A stretch of 64,000 nucleotides of DNA from a virus. A program made the position numbers and the translations under genes. The stretch spans positions 1 through 64,000 of the IMG/VR virus record IMGVR_UViG_3300045988_136394; one strand, 5' to 3'. Shown here in pieces: positions 36,850 to 45,477 of this stretch (within the stretch, counting starts at the first letter, position 1; every line of letters begins with the position of its first letter). The notes under the pieces were generated by a model that saw nothing but the letters and a program-made list of their open reading frames with translations, did not search any database and was not told the DNA's origin.

Positions 36850-37186
36850 CCATCCTTTGTGATTTTTTAACTACTTGAAAAGCAATTAATTCTTGTGGAA
36901 GTTTTTTATCCTCAAAAGCTACTTTATCTAACATATCATAATCAATAACTGTTTTAACTGTTAGACATTCTGGATGATTTTCTTCAAGCCATGTTATTAA
37001 TCTATCTTCATTGAAACTTGTTTGTTCAACTTCTTTAATTATTACTTCGCCATCATCAACAGTTATTGAAGATACATTATTTTTTTGCATATAAGCACGA
37101 ACATCTTCTTTTAACTTTTTAAGTTTTTTACTAAGAATGCTTTCTTCTTTATGTACACTAATTAATTCTTTTATTATTTTGTTCAT
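36827..37186 (-). CDS. hypothetical protein
   Basis: 119-aa ORF. Confidence 0.35.
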   Translation of the reverse strand: MNKIIKELISVHKEESILSKKLKKLKEDVRAYMQKNNVSSITVDDGEVIIKEVEQTSFNEDRLITWLEENHPECLTVKTVIDYDMLDKVAFEDKKLPQELIAFQVVKKSQRMDVKYVKD

Positions 37187-37190
37187 TTTA

Positions 37191-37475
37191 TTACCTCCAA
37201 ACTAAATAAGCACAGCCAACAATTAATAATACAGCAAAAATAATAAACGCTACGTATTCACTTGAAGATACAGGAGCTCCAATATCATTACACAAATAAT
37301 TGTTTACCGTAGAATTTTCAGATTCTTTAGCTTTTGGTAAAGAATTATCGGCTGGAACAAAAGAATTGCAAACTTTAGCTGTTTTTTGATTGCATGTATC
37401 TTCAAAAAAGCATAAATTGCAATCTGTGCTTTTAGGTTTAAAACCTCTTCTTTTCTTTCTACGACTTCTTGACAC
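37191..37475 (-). CDS. small Cys-containing membrane protein
   Basis: C-terminal TM segment and several Cys residues. Confidence 0.35.
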   Translation of the reverse strand: MSRSRRKKRRGFKPKSTDCNLCFFEDTCNQKTAKVCNSFVPADNSLPKAKESENSTVNNYLCNDIGAPVSSSEYVAFIIFAVLLIVGCAYLVWR

Positions 37476-37486
37476 ATTATCCCTCC

Positions 37487-39157
37487 TTAATAAAGTAACA
37501 TATTAATGATTTCCTGCATACGAATAATATTACCACTATCAATAATACCTTGTGATAATAATTCTTTACGCCGAACAATCATCTCGACCTTTTCATCTAT
37601 TGAATTGGCACAAACAAGAGAATAAATATTCAAATCATTTGTTTGACCAATACGATGACATCTATCAATACATTGCTGTTTATCTGCACCAGTCCAAGGA
37701 CTATCAAAAAATATTACATTATTTGAATTATTGAAAGTTAAGCCAGTACCCATTAATTTTATAGTACCAACTAAAGCAACTTTGTTTTTGTCTGACTTAA
37801 AGGCATTTTCTGTGTCCTTTAGGTTTTTATTTTTGGCAAGATACCCCATAGCATTGTAAGGTTTTAGGATATCAACTATTATCTGCACTACCTCAGCCCA
37901 ATTACTAAATATAAGGCATTGTTCCCCTCTACTGGCAATTTCGTCCACCAGTTCTACTAATTTATCTAATTTAGCAGATTTTTGAACTGTAGAGCTTACT
38001 AGCTGCGGAGTTCCAACGACCTGTCTTAATCTTGTAAATTGTGCTAATGGATTTGGACTTAACATTATTAAATCAATTTTATCTTGCAATCCAGCTAATA
38101 CTTCTTTGTATAAAGGTTCTTGCTCTTTATACATATCAACATAAACTGTTTGTGGAAATTTTTGTGGTAATTCTAAAACATCTTCTTTTAATCGTCTTAA
38201 TTGAATATTTTTCAATCTTGTTTTTAATTCTTGCAAATTTCGATATCCAACTATTTCACGATCCATATACCCACCAAAAATACAATAATGATTTTTAAAG
38301 GCTGTATAACTATTTTCTTCATAACCTAATGATTTAAAGATAATAAATAAATCCATAGGTTGATTAACTAATGGTGTACCACTCATTGTTACACGATAAT
38401 CATTTTTGTTTTTGGTATTCATCACCTTAATGAATCCTTTTCCCTGTGCAGAGAGTGGATTCTTAACCTTATGAACTTCATCAATGAAAATAGCTCCTAT
38501 AGTTCCATTCTCATGATATTTTTTTAGTAATTTAACAATAGCTTCTTCCCGAAATGCTTCTATATTTATAATCCAGAAAAATTCTTCCGGAACTTCTTCT
38601 AAATCTTCTAATTTAGCTTTTGTTCCACCATCATATAATTTATTACTTCTTTTTCTAGAACGAAAACCTAATAATTTATAAGTTTCATCACTATGTGTTT
38701 CAATTTCATCACGCCAGTTCCAACGTAGTGAAGCTACACCACAAATAACAAGGCAATGCTCTACACCTTGTATTTCCTTCAGATATCTGGCTAAATCAAT
38801 TATTTGCTTTGTTTTACCAAGACCTTGTTCATCACCTAAATGCCAATGTCTTTTATCAATACCATATTTAACACCTTCTATCTGATATTGATAAGGCTTT
38901 GTTTTAAATGTAAAATCTCCAAGATCATTTTGCAATAATTCTTCACCAATTATTTGGTATTCTTGATTAATTAAAATATTTTTCACTGCTTGTAAATGTA
39001 TAGGAGCAATTTCCCAACAATCAGAATTTACATGAAAATATCTAAATTCTAATTTTCTAAATTTACTTACAATATCAATATCAAAACTGCATTTAATAAA
39101 TAAACAGTATTGAAAATCTTTAAATTTTTTAGATTCTTTCACATTAATTCTAATCAC
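37487..39157 (-). CDS. SNF2-family helicase / ATPase
   Basis: GLGKTKQ Walker A, DEVHKVKN DExH box and C-terminal helicase-C motifs. Confidence 0.8.
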   Translation of the reverse strand: MIRINVKESKKFKDFQYCLFIKCSFDIDIVSKFRKLEFRYFHVNSDCWEIAPIHLQAVKNILINQEYQIIGEELLQNDLGDFTFKTKPYQYQIEGVKYGIDKRHWHLGDEQGLGKTKQIIDLARYLKEIQGVEHCLVICGVASLRWNWRDEIETHSDETYKLLGFRSRKRSNKLYDGGTKAKLEDLEEVPEEFFWIINIEAFREEAIVKLLKKYHENGTIGAIFIDEVHKVKNPLSAQGKGFIKVMNTKNKNDYRVTMSGTPLVNQPMDLFIIFKSLGYEENSYTAFKNHYCIFGGYMDREIVGYRNLQELKTRLKNIQLRRLKEDVLELPQKFPQTVYVDMYKEQEPLYKEVLAGLQDKIDLIMLSPNPLAQFTRLRQVVGTPQLVSSTVQKSAKLDKLVELVDEIASRGEQCLIFSNWAEVVQIIVDILKPYNAMGYLAKNKNLKDTENAFKSDKNKVALVGTIKLMGTGLTFNNSNNVIFFDSPWTGADKQQCIDRCHRIGQTNDLNIYSLVCANSIDEKVEMIVRRKELLSQGIIDSGNIIRMQEIINMLLY

Positions 39158-39247
39158 AATTATTGGCCTCCTTATATACTAATTATACCGCAATGATTTT
39201 AAAATGTCAATAAAAAAGAGTACATTCCGAAGAATGTACTCTTTAAA

Positions 39248-39712
39248 TTAAGCTTTGGCGACTTGCATATAGTAGCGATAAGCTTTGCCTTCGCTAACAT
39301 CGGGATCTTCAAACCAAGCCTTGCTCATTTTAACGTAGGTCGCTGTATCAGAACCTAATACGTTGTAATAATCGCTATAAAGCATATTCATTACAAAATA
39401 TAAATCCCAACGGTTAAATCCGATACATTTAATACCATACTGGCGGATTACATCATCAATCTGTTCAACAGACCAGTGAGCTCCTTCCGTACCATCTACG
39501 TTCTTGAAATTTTCAACAGCTTTTTCAGCTAACCAATCACTAAAATGCTCACCATAACACTCTTTATACAATTTGTCAACGACTTCGTCATAAACTTCTT
39601 TATCCGAATATTTTAATGGTTTAATAGCACTTTTAAAAGTTTCCATTAAAATATCATTAGTAAGACCTAAATCTTTCTGCTCTTTAAGATGTTTTAATAA
39701 TGTTTCTAACAT
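39248..39712 (-). CDS. hypothetical protein
   Basis: 154-aa ORF. Confidence 0.4.
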   Translation of the reverse strand: MLETLLKHLKEQKDLGLTNDILMETFKSAIKPLKYSDKEVYDEVVDKLYKECYGEHFSDWLAEKAVENFKNVDGTEGAHWSVEQIDDVIRQYGIKCIGFNRWDLYFVMNMLYSDYYNVLGSDTATYVKMSKAWFEDPDVSEGKAYRYYMQVAKA

Positions 39713-39713
39713 A

Positions 39714-40091
39714 TTAATCTTCCAATACTTCTACCGTAGGTACAGTAGGTGCTGTTGGAGTATAAACAGTATTAGGCACACAACACAACATAGAGAAATG
39801 ATTCGGGTCACTACCAAAGATAATTGGATAAACTCTACGGCAACGAATTTGATCTGCTCTTAACAGATTACCTGTGCGGGTATAAACCGGATAAACAGTA
39901 GTTCCGATTTGAATCTGCACTGGAAGCGTATTCGCCCCTGAAGGAAGACTCTGTGCAAGCACAAGACAAAATCTTTTTAAATTGGTGAGTGTAGGTGTAG
40001 TGCTAAGAGTGATAACTAGATTAGTTGAAGTAGTTGTGATGCTGGAACTTTTAATAAATCTATCACAGCGGTTACAGGCCACAATAATCAC
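39714..40091 (-). CDS. Thr/Pro-rich Cys-containing protein (possibly spore-surface-like)
   Basis: TTTSTNLVITLSTTPTLTN and TPTAPTVPTV low-complexity stretches plus CC/CxxC. Confidence 0.35.
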   Translation of the reverse strand: MIIVACNRCDRFIKSSSITTTSTNLVITLSTTPTLTNLKRFCLVLAQSLPSGANTLPVQIQIGTTVYPVYTRTGNLLRADQIRCRRVYPIIFGSDPNHFSMLCCVPNTVYTPTAPTVPTVEVLED

Positions 40092-40098
40092 TTCCTAA

Positions 40099-40764
40099 TT
40101 AGATGCAGCCACAGCCATTGTTGCAACCGAATCCATTAGCGGAAGTATAGGGGCTGCAAGTAATGTATGCGGGCTGCGGGAATGGACGAACTGCGTTAAT
40201 AATGTTTTGAGTTTGGGACAAGTTGCCAAGTTGCAGTTGAGCAGCTTGCAGTTGATCACGAAGCTCTTGCATTACGTTTGCAGTCATCAGAGCACGAGTT
40301 GCTTCAGCTTCTGCATGAATTGCAGTAGTGATTTCACAAGTGTTCTTGTAGTTTTCTGCACGAACAGCATCAATATTGCGATTAGTTTCGCAGCAGCATT
40401 GCTGTGCGGCAAAGCGACTTTCTGCGATTGCAGCATTAGTCTGGTTGAATCCTTGACACAGACCCATTTGTAAAGCGCCAGTAGATTCACAGATATCTTT
40501 TTGGATACCGAAATTCTGATTAGCAAGCTGATTAAAGCCACGATCCAAAGTATTATTAAGGTTGGTATAAAGAAATTCATTAGTCAAGGTATTTACAGCA
40601 CCATTAGCGCCGTTACCACCAAAACCGCCGAAGCCACCGCCCCATGCGAGTAAGAAAAATAACATTACTACCCACATCCAGCCAGCTCCACCACCCATGA
40701 AGCCATCGCCATCAGATTTGTTCATGTCATAGACAGGAACCATTTGAGCACCTTCGAATGCCAT
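40099..40764 (-). CDS. YjcZ-like Gly-rich membrane segment fused to a Gln/Cys-rich domain
   Basis: GGGAGWMWVVMLFFLLAWGGGFGGFGG resembles the YjcZ sporulation-protein family. C-terminal ...CNNGCGCI. Confidence 0.4.
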   Translation of the reverse strand: MAFEGAQMVPVYDMNKSDGDGFMGGGAGWMWVVMLFFLLAWGGGFGGFGGNGANGAVNTLTNEFLYTNLNNTLDRGFNQLANQNFGIQKDICESTGALQMGLCQGFNQTNAAIAESRFAAQQCCCETNRNIDAVRAENYKNTCEITTAIHAEAEATRALMTANVMQELRDQLQAAQLQLGNLSQTQNIINAVRPFPQPAYITCSPYTSANGFGCNNGCGCI

Positions 40765-40817
40765 GATAAAACACTTCCTTTAATTTATTAAATCAAAATC
40801 TTTAGGTGCGCACCTTT

Positions 40818-41051
40818 TTAGATTTTAATTCCAAAATTACTTAAAACTCCCATAATTTGTTTAGGATCAATACCTTGAGTTTTAGCTAAATTAAAAGCCG
40901 TTTCTTTTAATTGATCCGGAGTTTTGCCTTGTGCCATTTTCATGGCCTGTTGAAATTTAGGGTCATTTCCGAACATGTGCTGCATTGCCGTTTGAGGATT
41001 TTGCATTTGCCGGAGTTGGTTGAATGCTTGCATCATTTGCATTAGATTCAT
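40818..41051 (-). CDS. small Met/Gln-rich protein (77 aa)
   Basis: Strong RBS AGGAGGT 7 nt upstream. Overlaps the 3' end of 40963..41481 in another frame. Confidence 0.4.
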   Translation of the reverse strand: MNLMQMMQAFNQLRQMQNPQTAMQHMFGNDPKFQQAMKMAQGKTPDQLKETAFNLAKTQGIDPKQIMGVLSNFGIKI

Positions 41052-41481
41052 TTTGCTGACCTCCTAACTGATTTAAGAAATTTTCTATATTCTGTACCCG
41101 CTGATTTAAACCATTAAAATCATTAGATGTTACATATTCAATCTTATTTTCTTGTGGATTTACTAACTTATAAGTTTTTAATTCGGCTAAACCATTCATA
41201 CTCAATTGTTTTGTATAAATTTCACCATCTTGAATATTCACAAATACACTCATAGAGCCATCTAAAGCAATTCTAGCAGCTTTAGCTTCTTCTAAACAGG
41301 TAACAGGAACTGCTGATATAAATGATTGCATTTGTTGTGGCTGTTCTACTTGTCCGAACATATTTGGAACTTGAGGATTTATGGCTCTCTGCATTTGCTG
41401 AACTTGTTGCATACGATTATAACCATAATTAGGATTTGTCATTGGATTATTCATAGGATTCATATAATTATCGGGATACAT
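40963..41481 (-). CDS. Gln/Asn/Met/Pro-rich N-terminus with a globular C-terminal domain (GerQ-like spore-coat flavour)
   Basis: Strong RBS GGTAGGAGGAC. Composition resembles Q-rich spore-coat proteins. No firm motif. Confidence 0.35.
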   Translation of the reverse strand: MYPDNYMNPMNNPMTNPNYGYNRMQQVQQMQRAINPQVPNMFGQVEQPQQMQSFISAVPVTCLEEAKAARIALDGSMSVFVNIQDGEIYTKQLSMNGLAELKTYKLVNPQENKIEYVTSNDFNGLNQRVQNIENFLNQLGGQQNESNANDASIQPTPANAKSSNGNAAHVRK

Positions 41482-41570
41482 ACATTTGTCCTCCTACCGC
41501 CGCCACCATATTTGGTTGATATTAAACTTTTTTGTAGTGGCGCATGGTTTATTACCTGTAATTATTGTAA

Positions 41571-41612
41571 CAAAAATAAACCGCCCACACATATCCTAAA
41601 TTGTGTAGACGG
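41571..41612 (-). terminator. probable intrinsic terminator after the sigma-like gene
   Basis: Imperfect hairpin ccgtctacaca/tgtgtgggcgg with a T-run on the minus strand. Confidence 0.35.
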
Positions 41613-41632
41613 TTTGTCTGTTTATTCCCTTG

Positions 41633-41932
41633 CTATTGTTTTTGCAATAGGAGCTCAATATATGGTTTTACTTCGTCCGGAATTAATTCCTTTTCATTAC
41701 TAATAATGGTTTGTAATTCCTTTTTGGCATTCCATAAGGCTTTGCCTACTGAAGAACTTTCAATTCCTAAGTCATCGGCTATCTCATAATATGATTTACC
41801 CTCAATATAAAACTTCCATAAAAGTAATTCACTTTTTGTTTTCAAGCCAGTCCCTTTTATAATCACCTTTAGTGCAATTAAAGATAATGTTTTAAGTCTT
41901 TTATTGAAATCTGATTCAGTCATTAGCTCCAA
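41633..41932 (-). CDS. ArpU/sigma-70-region-4-like transcriptional regulator (putative late-gene activator)
   Basis: SYYEIADDLGIESSSVGKALWNAKKEL is a classic sigma region-4.2 helix-turn-helix (HTH). Confidence 0.5.
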   Translation of the reverse strand: MELMTESDFNKRLKTLSLIALKVIIKGTGLKTKSELLLWKFYIEGKSYYEIADDLGIESSSVGKALWNAKKELQTIISNEKELIPDEVKPYIELLLQKQ

Positions 41933-42296
41933 ATACCCGCCAAGCTGTTATAATTCCTCCAACTAGACCACCTATAATTAAAGTTAGTATTGTATTGACA
42001 ATTACTCTCTTATAATTATAGTAGTCCTTTAAATCTTTCATTTGATATTCTTCAAAATCTCGCTTTAAAGAACCTATACGTCCATGGAGAATTTCTTGAT
42101 CTTTATTTAATCTAGATTCTAATTTATCAAATAATTTTAAAATAGTAACGACATTAAAGTTTATCTCTTGCACATCTTTACAGGTTTGACGGAATTGTTC
42201 TTCAAATAATTCTGACCGTTTTTCGTATCTATCACAACGGCTTTCTAAAGTTTTAATCCTTTGTAATAGTTCTGCAATTACCTTTTCATTTTCCAT
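41916..42296 (-). CDS. XhlA-like protein (coiled coil plus C-terminal TM)
   Basis: Heptad-rich N-terminus and C-terminal TM (ILTLIIGGLVGGIITAW), as in the PBSX XhlA family. Confidence 0.4.
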   Translation of the reverse strand: MENEKVIAELLQRIKTLESRCDRYEKRSELFEEQFRQTCKDVQEINFNVVTILKLFDKLESRLNKDQEILHGRIGSLKRDFEEYQMKDLKDYYNYKRVIVNTILTLIIGGLVGGIITAWRVFGAND

Positions 42297-42630
42297 TTAT
42301 TGTTGCTCCGTTACTTCTGTTCATAATAACACTGTTTCCAGCATCGGAAATAGTATCAGATTCTTCCGTAACAGTTCTTACAATACCTTGTTCATAAGTA
42401 AAATATTCTTTAGCAATAAGCACCGACGAAATACCCAATGCACAGGCACAAAAAAAGATGCAACAGAGAAAACCAATGACTAAAATTTTTAAAAGTCCTA
42501 ATAATTTTACATTATAGTCCCGATAAATTTGAGCGTCTTTTGCTTTTTTATCTATTTCATCTTGTCTTTGCATTAACCTCTCTAGATACTTATCTAGGTG
42601 CTGCAAATCTTTATCATTTGGATTTTCCAT
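42286..42630 (-). CDS. membrane protein (coiled coil plus TM), lysis-associated
   Basis: Central TM LKILVIGFLCCIFFCACALGI. Confidence 0.4.
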   Translation of the reverse strand: MENPNDKDLQHLDKYLERLMQRQDEIDKKAKDAQIYRDYNVKLLGLLKILVIGFLCCIFFCACALGISSVLIAKEYFTYEQGIVRTVTEESDTISDAGNSVIMNRSNGATINGK

Positions 42631-42639
42631 TACATCCTC

Positions 42640-43059
42640 CTAGGATATCGCAATTAATAAAACAGTACCAAGTCCAATATACAATAAAGTTTTTTCAGCT
42701 TTTAATTGTTTAATCTTCTTTTTGTATTCTTTGGACTCCTGTTCTAAAGTCTGATTGCAACTCTCTAAGTATTTGATTTTGTTGTCGTAAGATGTCTTCA
42801 ACATCGTTTGCTGTTTTTCCAATGTTATTACTGACTGATTGGCTTTCTGTAAGTTGTTGTTTAATTCCGTCCGTTGTTTTTTCAACGTCAGAATTTTGTT
42901 TATCGATTGTTCGTTTAGGGATATCGCTTGCGCTATTTGTTGTTCTTGCATTTCGAATTTCTTCGCTGGAACTAAATAATAATCCTGTGCATAAGCCTGC
43001 TGACATAAACCCAATGATAAACCAAACAACAAAAGCATGAAAAATATTTTTCTTTTCAT
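42640..43059 (-). CDS. secreted coiled-coil protein with a C-terminal membrane anchor
   Basis: Signal peptide with an AYA|Q cleavage-like site, long coiled coil, C-terminal TM. An overlapping alternative-frame ORF (42710..43075) was judged less likely. Confidence 0.4.
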   Translation of the reverse strand: MKRKIFFMLLLFGLSLGLCQQAYAQDYYLVPAKKFEMQEQQIAQAISLNEQSINKILTLKKQRTELNNNLQKANQSVITLEKQQTMLKTSYDNKIKYLESCNQTLEQESKEYKKKIKQLKAEKTLLYIGLGTVLLIAIS

Positions 43060-43192
43060 TTACCATTGCTTCCAAGTAAAGTAAACTCCGATTGCAAATC
43101 CAAGTCCAAAGGAAATCAGTTTTGGATAACGATTAAAAGTAGCTTTTATTTTATCAAAAAATTCTTTAATTTCTTCCATTTTAGATTCCTCC

Positions 43193-43735
43193 TCAGTTAT
43201 TCTGTTTCCAGATTGCCAATCCACGAATTACATCACCGCCGGGCTGGTTTTTCTTACCTGTTCCGGGGTCGTCTAAAAGAAGTAAATCCCATCTCATATC
43301 GGGATCGTTACCATAAAGACCATAACCATCAATATCAGCGATTTCTGCATGAGTCATAACATGCTCTGAGTCTATTGGAATTTCTAGAACAGTTGCTATA
43401 AAACAAATTACCTCGGCTAACCGTTCGACTTGAATTGGTGTTGGTGGATAACCGTTCCAATTAATTCTTTCAGGATTTTTATAAACAGTCGCCCCATAAG
43501 CACAACATAAAGCGATTCCAATAGCATTACTGTTTCGATGCCATGTATGCTCTTTGTAGTCTGTAAGTTCACCATTAATACGAACAGTTCCATCACTTTC
43601 AATACAAATATGATAATGTTCTTTTTCAACACTATTCATTTTGTATAATCCACCTGTATGGTGACAATAGATTCGATTAATACCACTATTTTTAGCCCTT
43701 TCGGCAAGTGCAATGATCTCATTTATAGTTACCAT
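43193..43735 (-). CDS. N-acetylmuramoyl-L-alanine amidase endolysin (Amidase_2/PGRP fold)
   Basis: HHTGG...NSNAIGIAL...HVMTHAEIA zinc-amidase motifs. Start moved to the Met with RBS AAGGAGG. Confidence 0.7.
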   Translation of the reverse strand: MVTINEIIALAERAKNSGINRIYCHHTGGLYKMNSVEKEHYHICIESDGTVRINGELTDYKEHTWHRNSNAIGIALCCAYGATVYKNPERINWNGYPPTPIQVERLAEVICFIATVLEIPIDSEHVMTHAEIADIDGYGLYGNDPDMRWDLLLLDDPGTGKKNQPGGDVIRGLAIWKQNN

Positions 43736-44048
43736 TGTCTTTTTCCTCCTTTCCTTCAAGAATATCTGATATGCCATTATTATTTTTATCAATAAATAAT
43801 TTAGCTAAAAATGTAATGGCATAAACAGTTGACCCACTTACAAAGAAAGTCAAAAATGAAATAATTATCGGCAAGTCCGCTTCGTTTGTTACATTTAGGT
43901 TATGTATCCATCCGTAAACAAACATTACAGTAAAGCCGAGATACACCAATATAAGGTAGAAAGCTATATACTTAATGTATTTGTTACCTATTAATTGTGG
44001 TGTATTTTCAACCAATTTTTTAAACCAGTTAAGTATTTTATCTTTCAT
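43719..44048 (-). CDS. holin-like membrane protein
   Basis: Two TM helices, 109 aa, immediately upstream of the endolysin. Confidence 0.45.
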   Translation of the reverse strand: MKDKILNWFKKLVENTPQLIGNKYIKYIAFYLILVYLGFTVMFVYGWIHNLNVTNEADLPIIISFLTFFVSGSTVYAITFLAKLFIDKNNNGISDILEGKEEKDNGNYK

Positions 44049-44096
44049 CTTATACTCCTTAATTATAGTATATTATTTTTATTTTGTCAAGCTTTA

Positions 44097-44825
44097 TTAA
44101 GATACTAATACTTGCAATTCATTTATTTTATCTTCAAAATATCCAACAGGAGCTTGTGTTTGACCAGTAGTCCCATCCTCACAGGTTACTTCAACATTAA
44201 GTGATTCTGCTGTTTTTAATACATTATAACCAGCATATGATAGTAAATATCTACCATCAGCGAGAGTCTTTCCTGTTTCTGTATATTCAGAACCTATTGA
44301 TATGTTAACAGTAGCTCCTCTAACTATACCTTGAGAATTAACAACTTGAATATAAATTCTTACATCTTCACCATAAACAGATGAATTAGCATTTAAAGCT
44401 GGATAAAAATATACTCTACAATCATTACTCCAATTAAAATAAACAGTCTGACCTTTTCGTACAGCTAAATTACCACATAAATTAATATATGGTTGACCAT
44501 AATCACAATAAATTAAAGTGCCATAATTAGTTGTATCTGCATTAGTAGAGTCCCAAACATTTAACCAACTATTTACAACATTACTACCTCCAACCTTCAT
44601 TCCCCATATATAACCATCACAGGGGGCTGTCCAGGAATCTCCCTGATTTTTTAAATTAATAATTATCTTGTTATTAGACGGCATACTCAATTTATTATTT
44701 TTTGCTAATAATTCCCAAGTTGGATCATGATAAAATTCATCACGATGATCAAAAGCCATTTGCCATTGTTTGTTAGGTGTTATACTATTAAAAAAACATC
44801 TACAAAATGTTATTGCTTTTTCCAT
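44097..44825 (-). CDS. hypothetical beta-rich tail/lysis-associated protein
   Basis: 242-aa ORF between the fibre and lysis genes. Confidence 0.35.
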   Translation of the reverse strand: MEKAITFCRCFFNSITPNKQWQMAFDHRDEFYHDPTWELLAKNNKLSMPSNNKIIINLKNQGDSWTAPCDGYIWGMKVGGSNVVNSWLNVWDSTNADTTNYGTLIYCDYGQPYINLCGNLAVRKGQTVYFNWSNDCRVYFYPALNANSSVYGEDVRIYIQVVNSQGIVRGATVNISIGSEYTETGKTLADGRYLLSYAGYNVLKTAESLNVEVTCEDGTTGQTQAPVGYFEDKINELQVLVS

Positions 44826-44850
44826 TGTAAATATTCCACTTCTGCACCGC

Positions 44851-45450
44851 CTAATCTAAAATAATCGCATCCAATTCCTCTTTGCTTTGAGCTGCATTTA
44901 CTTCAGCCTGTTTATTCCAACCTGCCTGCTTACACGTACCTATATGGGTAGAAAGGTCAGCGCACCATTCAAGCACCTGTTCCGGCGTAAGATAGAATAT
45001 CGTTTTGTCAGTGCTTCCGTCTGCGTAACCACGTACAGGGCAGCCTGTAGGATACTCTACAGCAAAGCGATCAGTATTTACGTTCAAGGCTATACCCTGC
45101 ATTGTAAGTTGTGTATCCTTGTCGCTGTCGTATCTGATCAGTTCTCCACTACATTCAGACGTAAAACCGCCGGTGATTTTTCCTTCTGTCCAAGCGTCTA
45201 CCTCTGCCAGTTTATTTGCCTTCAGTTCTTCTAAGTCAGGCGTAGGAGGTTCATATATACTATAACTTCCATCAGATTTACGTATATACTCATGCCCATC
45301 AATATTTCCTAACAATAATTGATAATCTTCTTCTGATACTTCTTCAAATCCATTATCTAATAAATTTTGTATTTCTTCACTTGTTTTTTCTTCGTAGACG
45401 TAAGTCTCCCCACGTCTACCATTATTATCAAATTTAATTAAATATTTCAT
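44851..45450 (-). CDS. putative tail-fibre-associated protein
   Basis: 199-aa ORF downstream of the large fibre gene. Confidence 0.35.
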   Translation of the reverse strand: MKYLIKFDNNGRRGETYVYEEKTSEEIQNLLDNGFEEVSEEDYQLLLGNIDGHEYIRKSDGSYSIYEPPTPDLEELKANKLAEVDAWTEGKITGGFTSECSGELIRYDSDKDTQLTMQGIALNVNTDRFAVEYPTGCPVRGYADGSTDKTIFYLTPEQVLEWCADLSTHIGTCKQAGWNKQAEVNAAQSKEELDAIILD

Positions 45451-45477
45451 TTGTTACTCCTCTCTTATTTGCAATAA

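Noticed and set aside
42640-43059. Unimolecular-spanin interpretation (N-terminal lipoprotein signal plus C-terminal TM)
   Set aside because: The signal peptide has an AYA|Q signal-peptidase-I-type site rather than a clean lipobox. All other evidence points to a Gram-positive host (RecU, sigmaA promoters, sporulation-like proteins).
42710-43075. Alternative-frame 121-aa ORF overlapping 42640..43059 on the same strand
   Set aside because: It has no RBS. The other frame has a good RBS and a coherent signal-peptide, coiled-coil, TM architecture.
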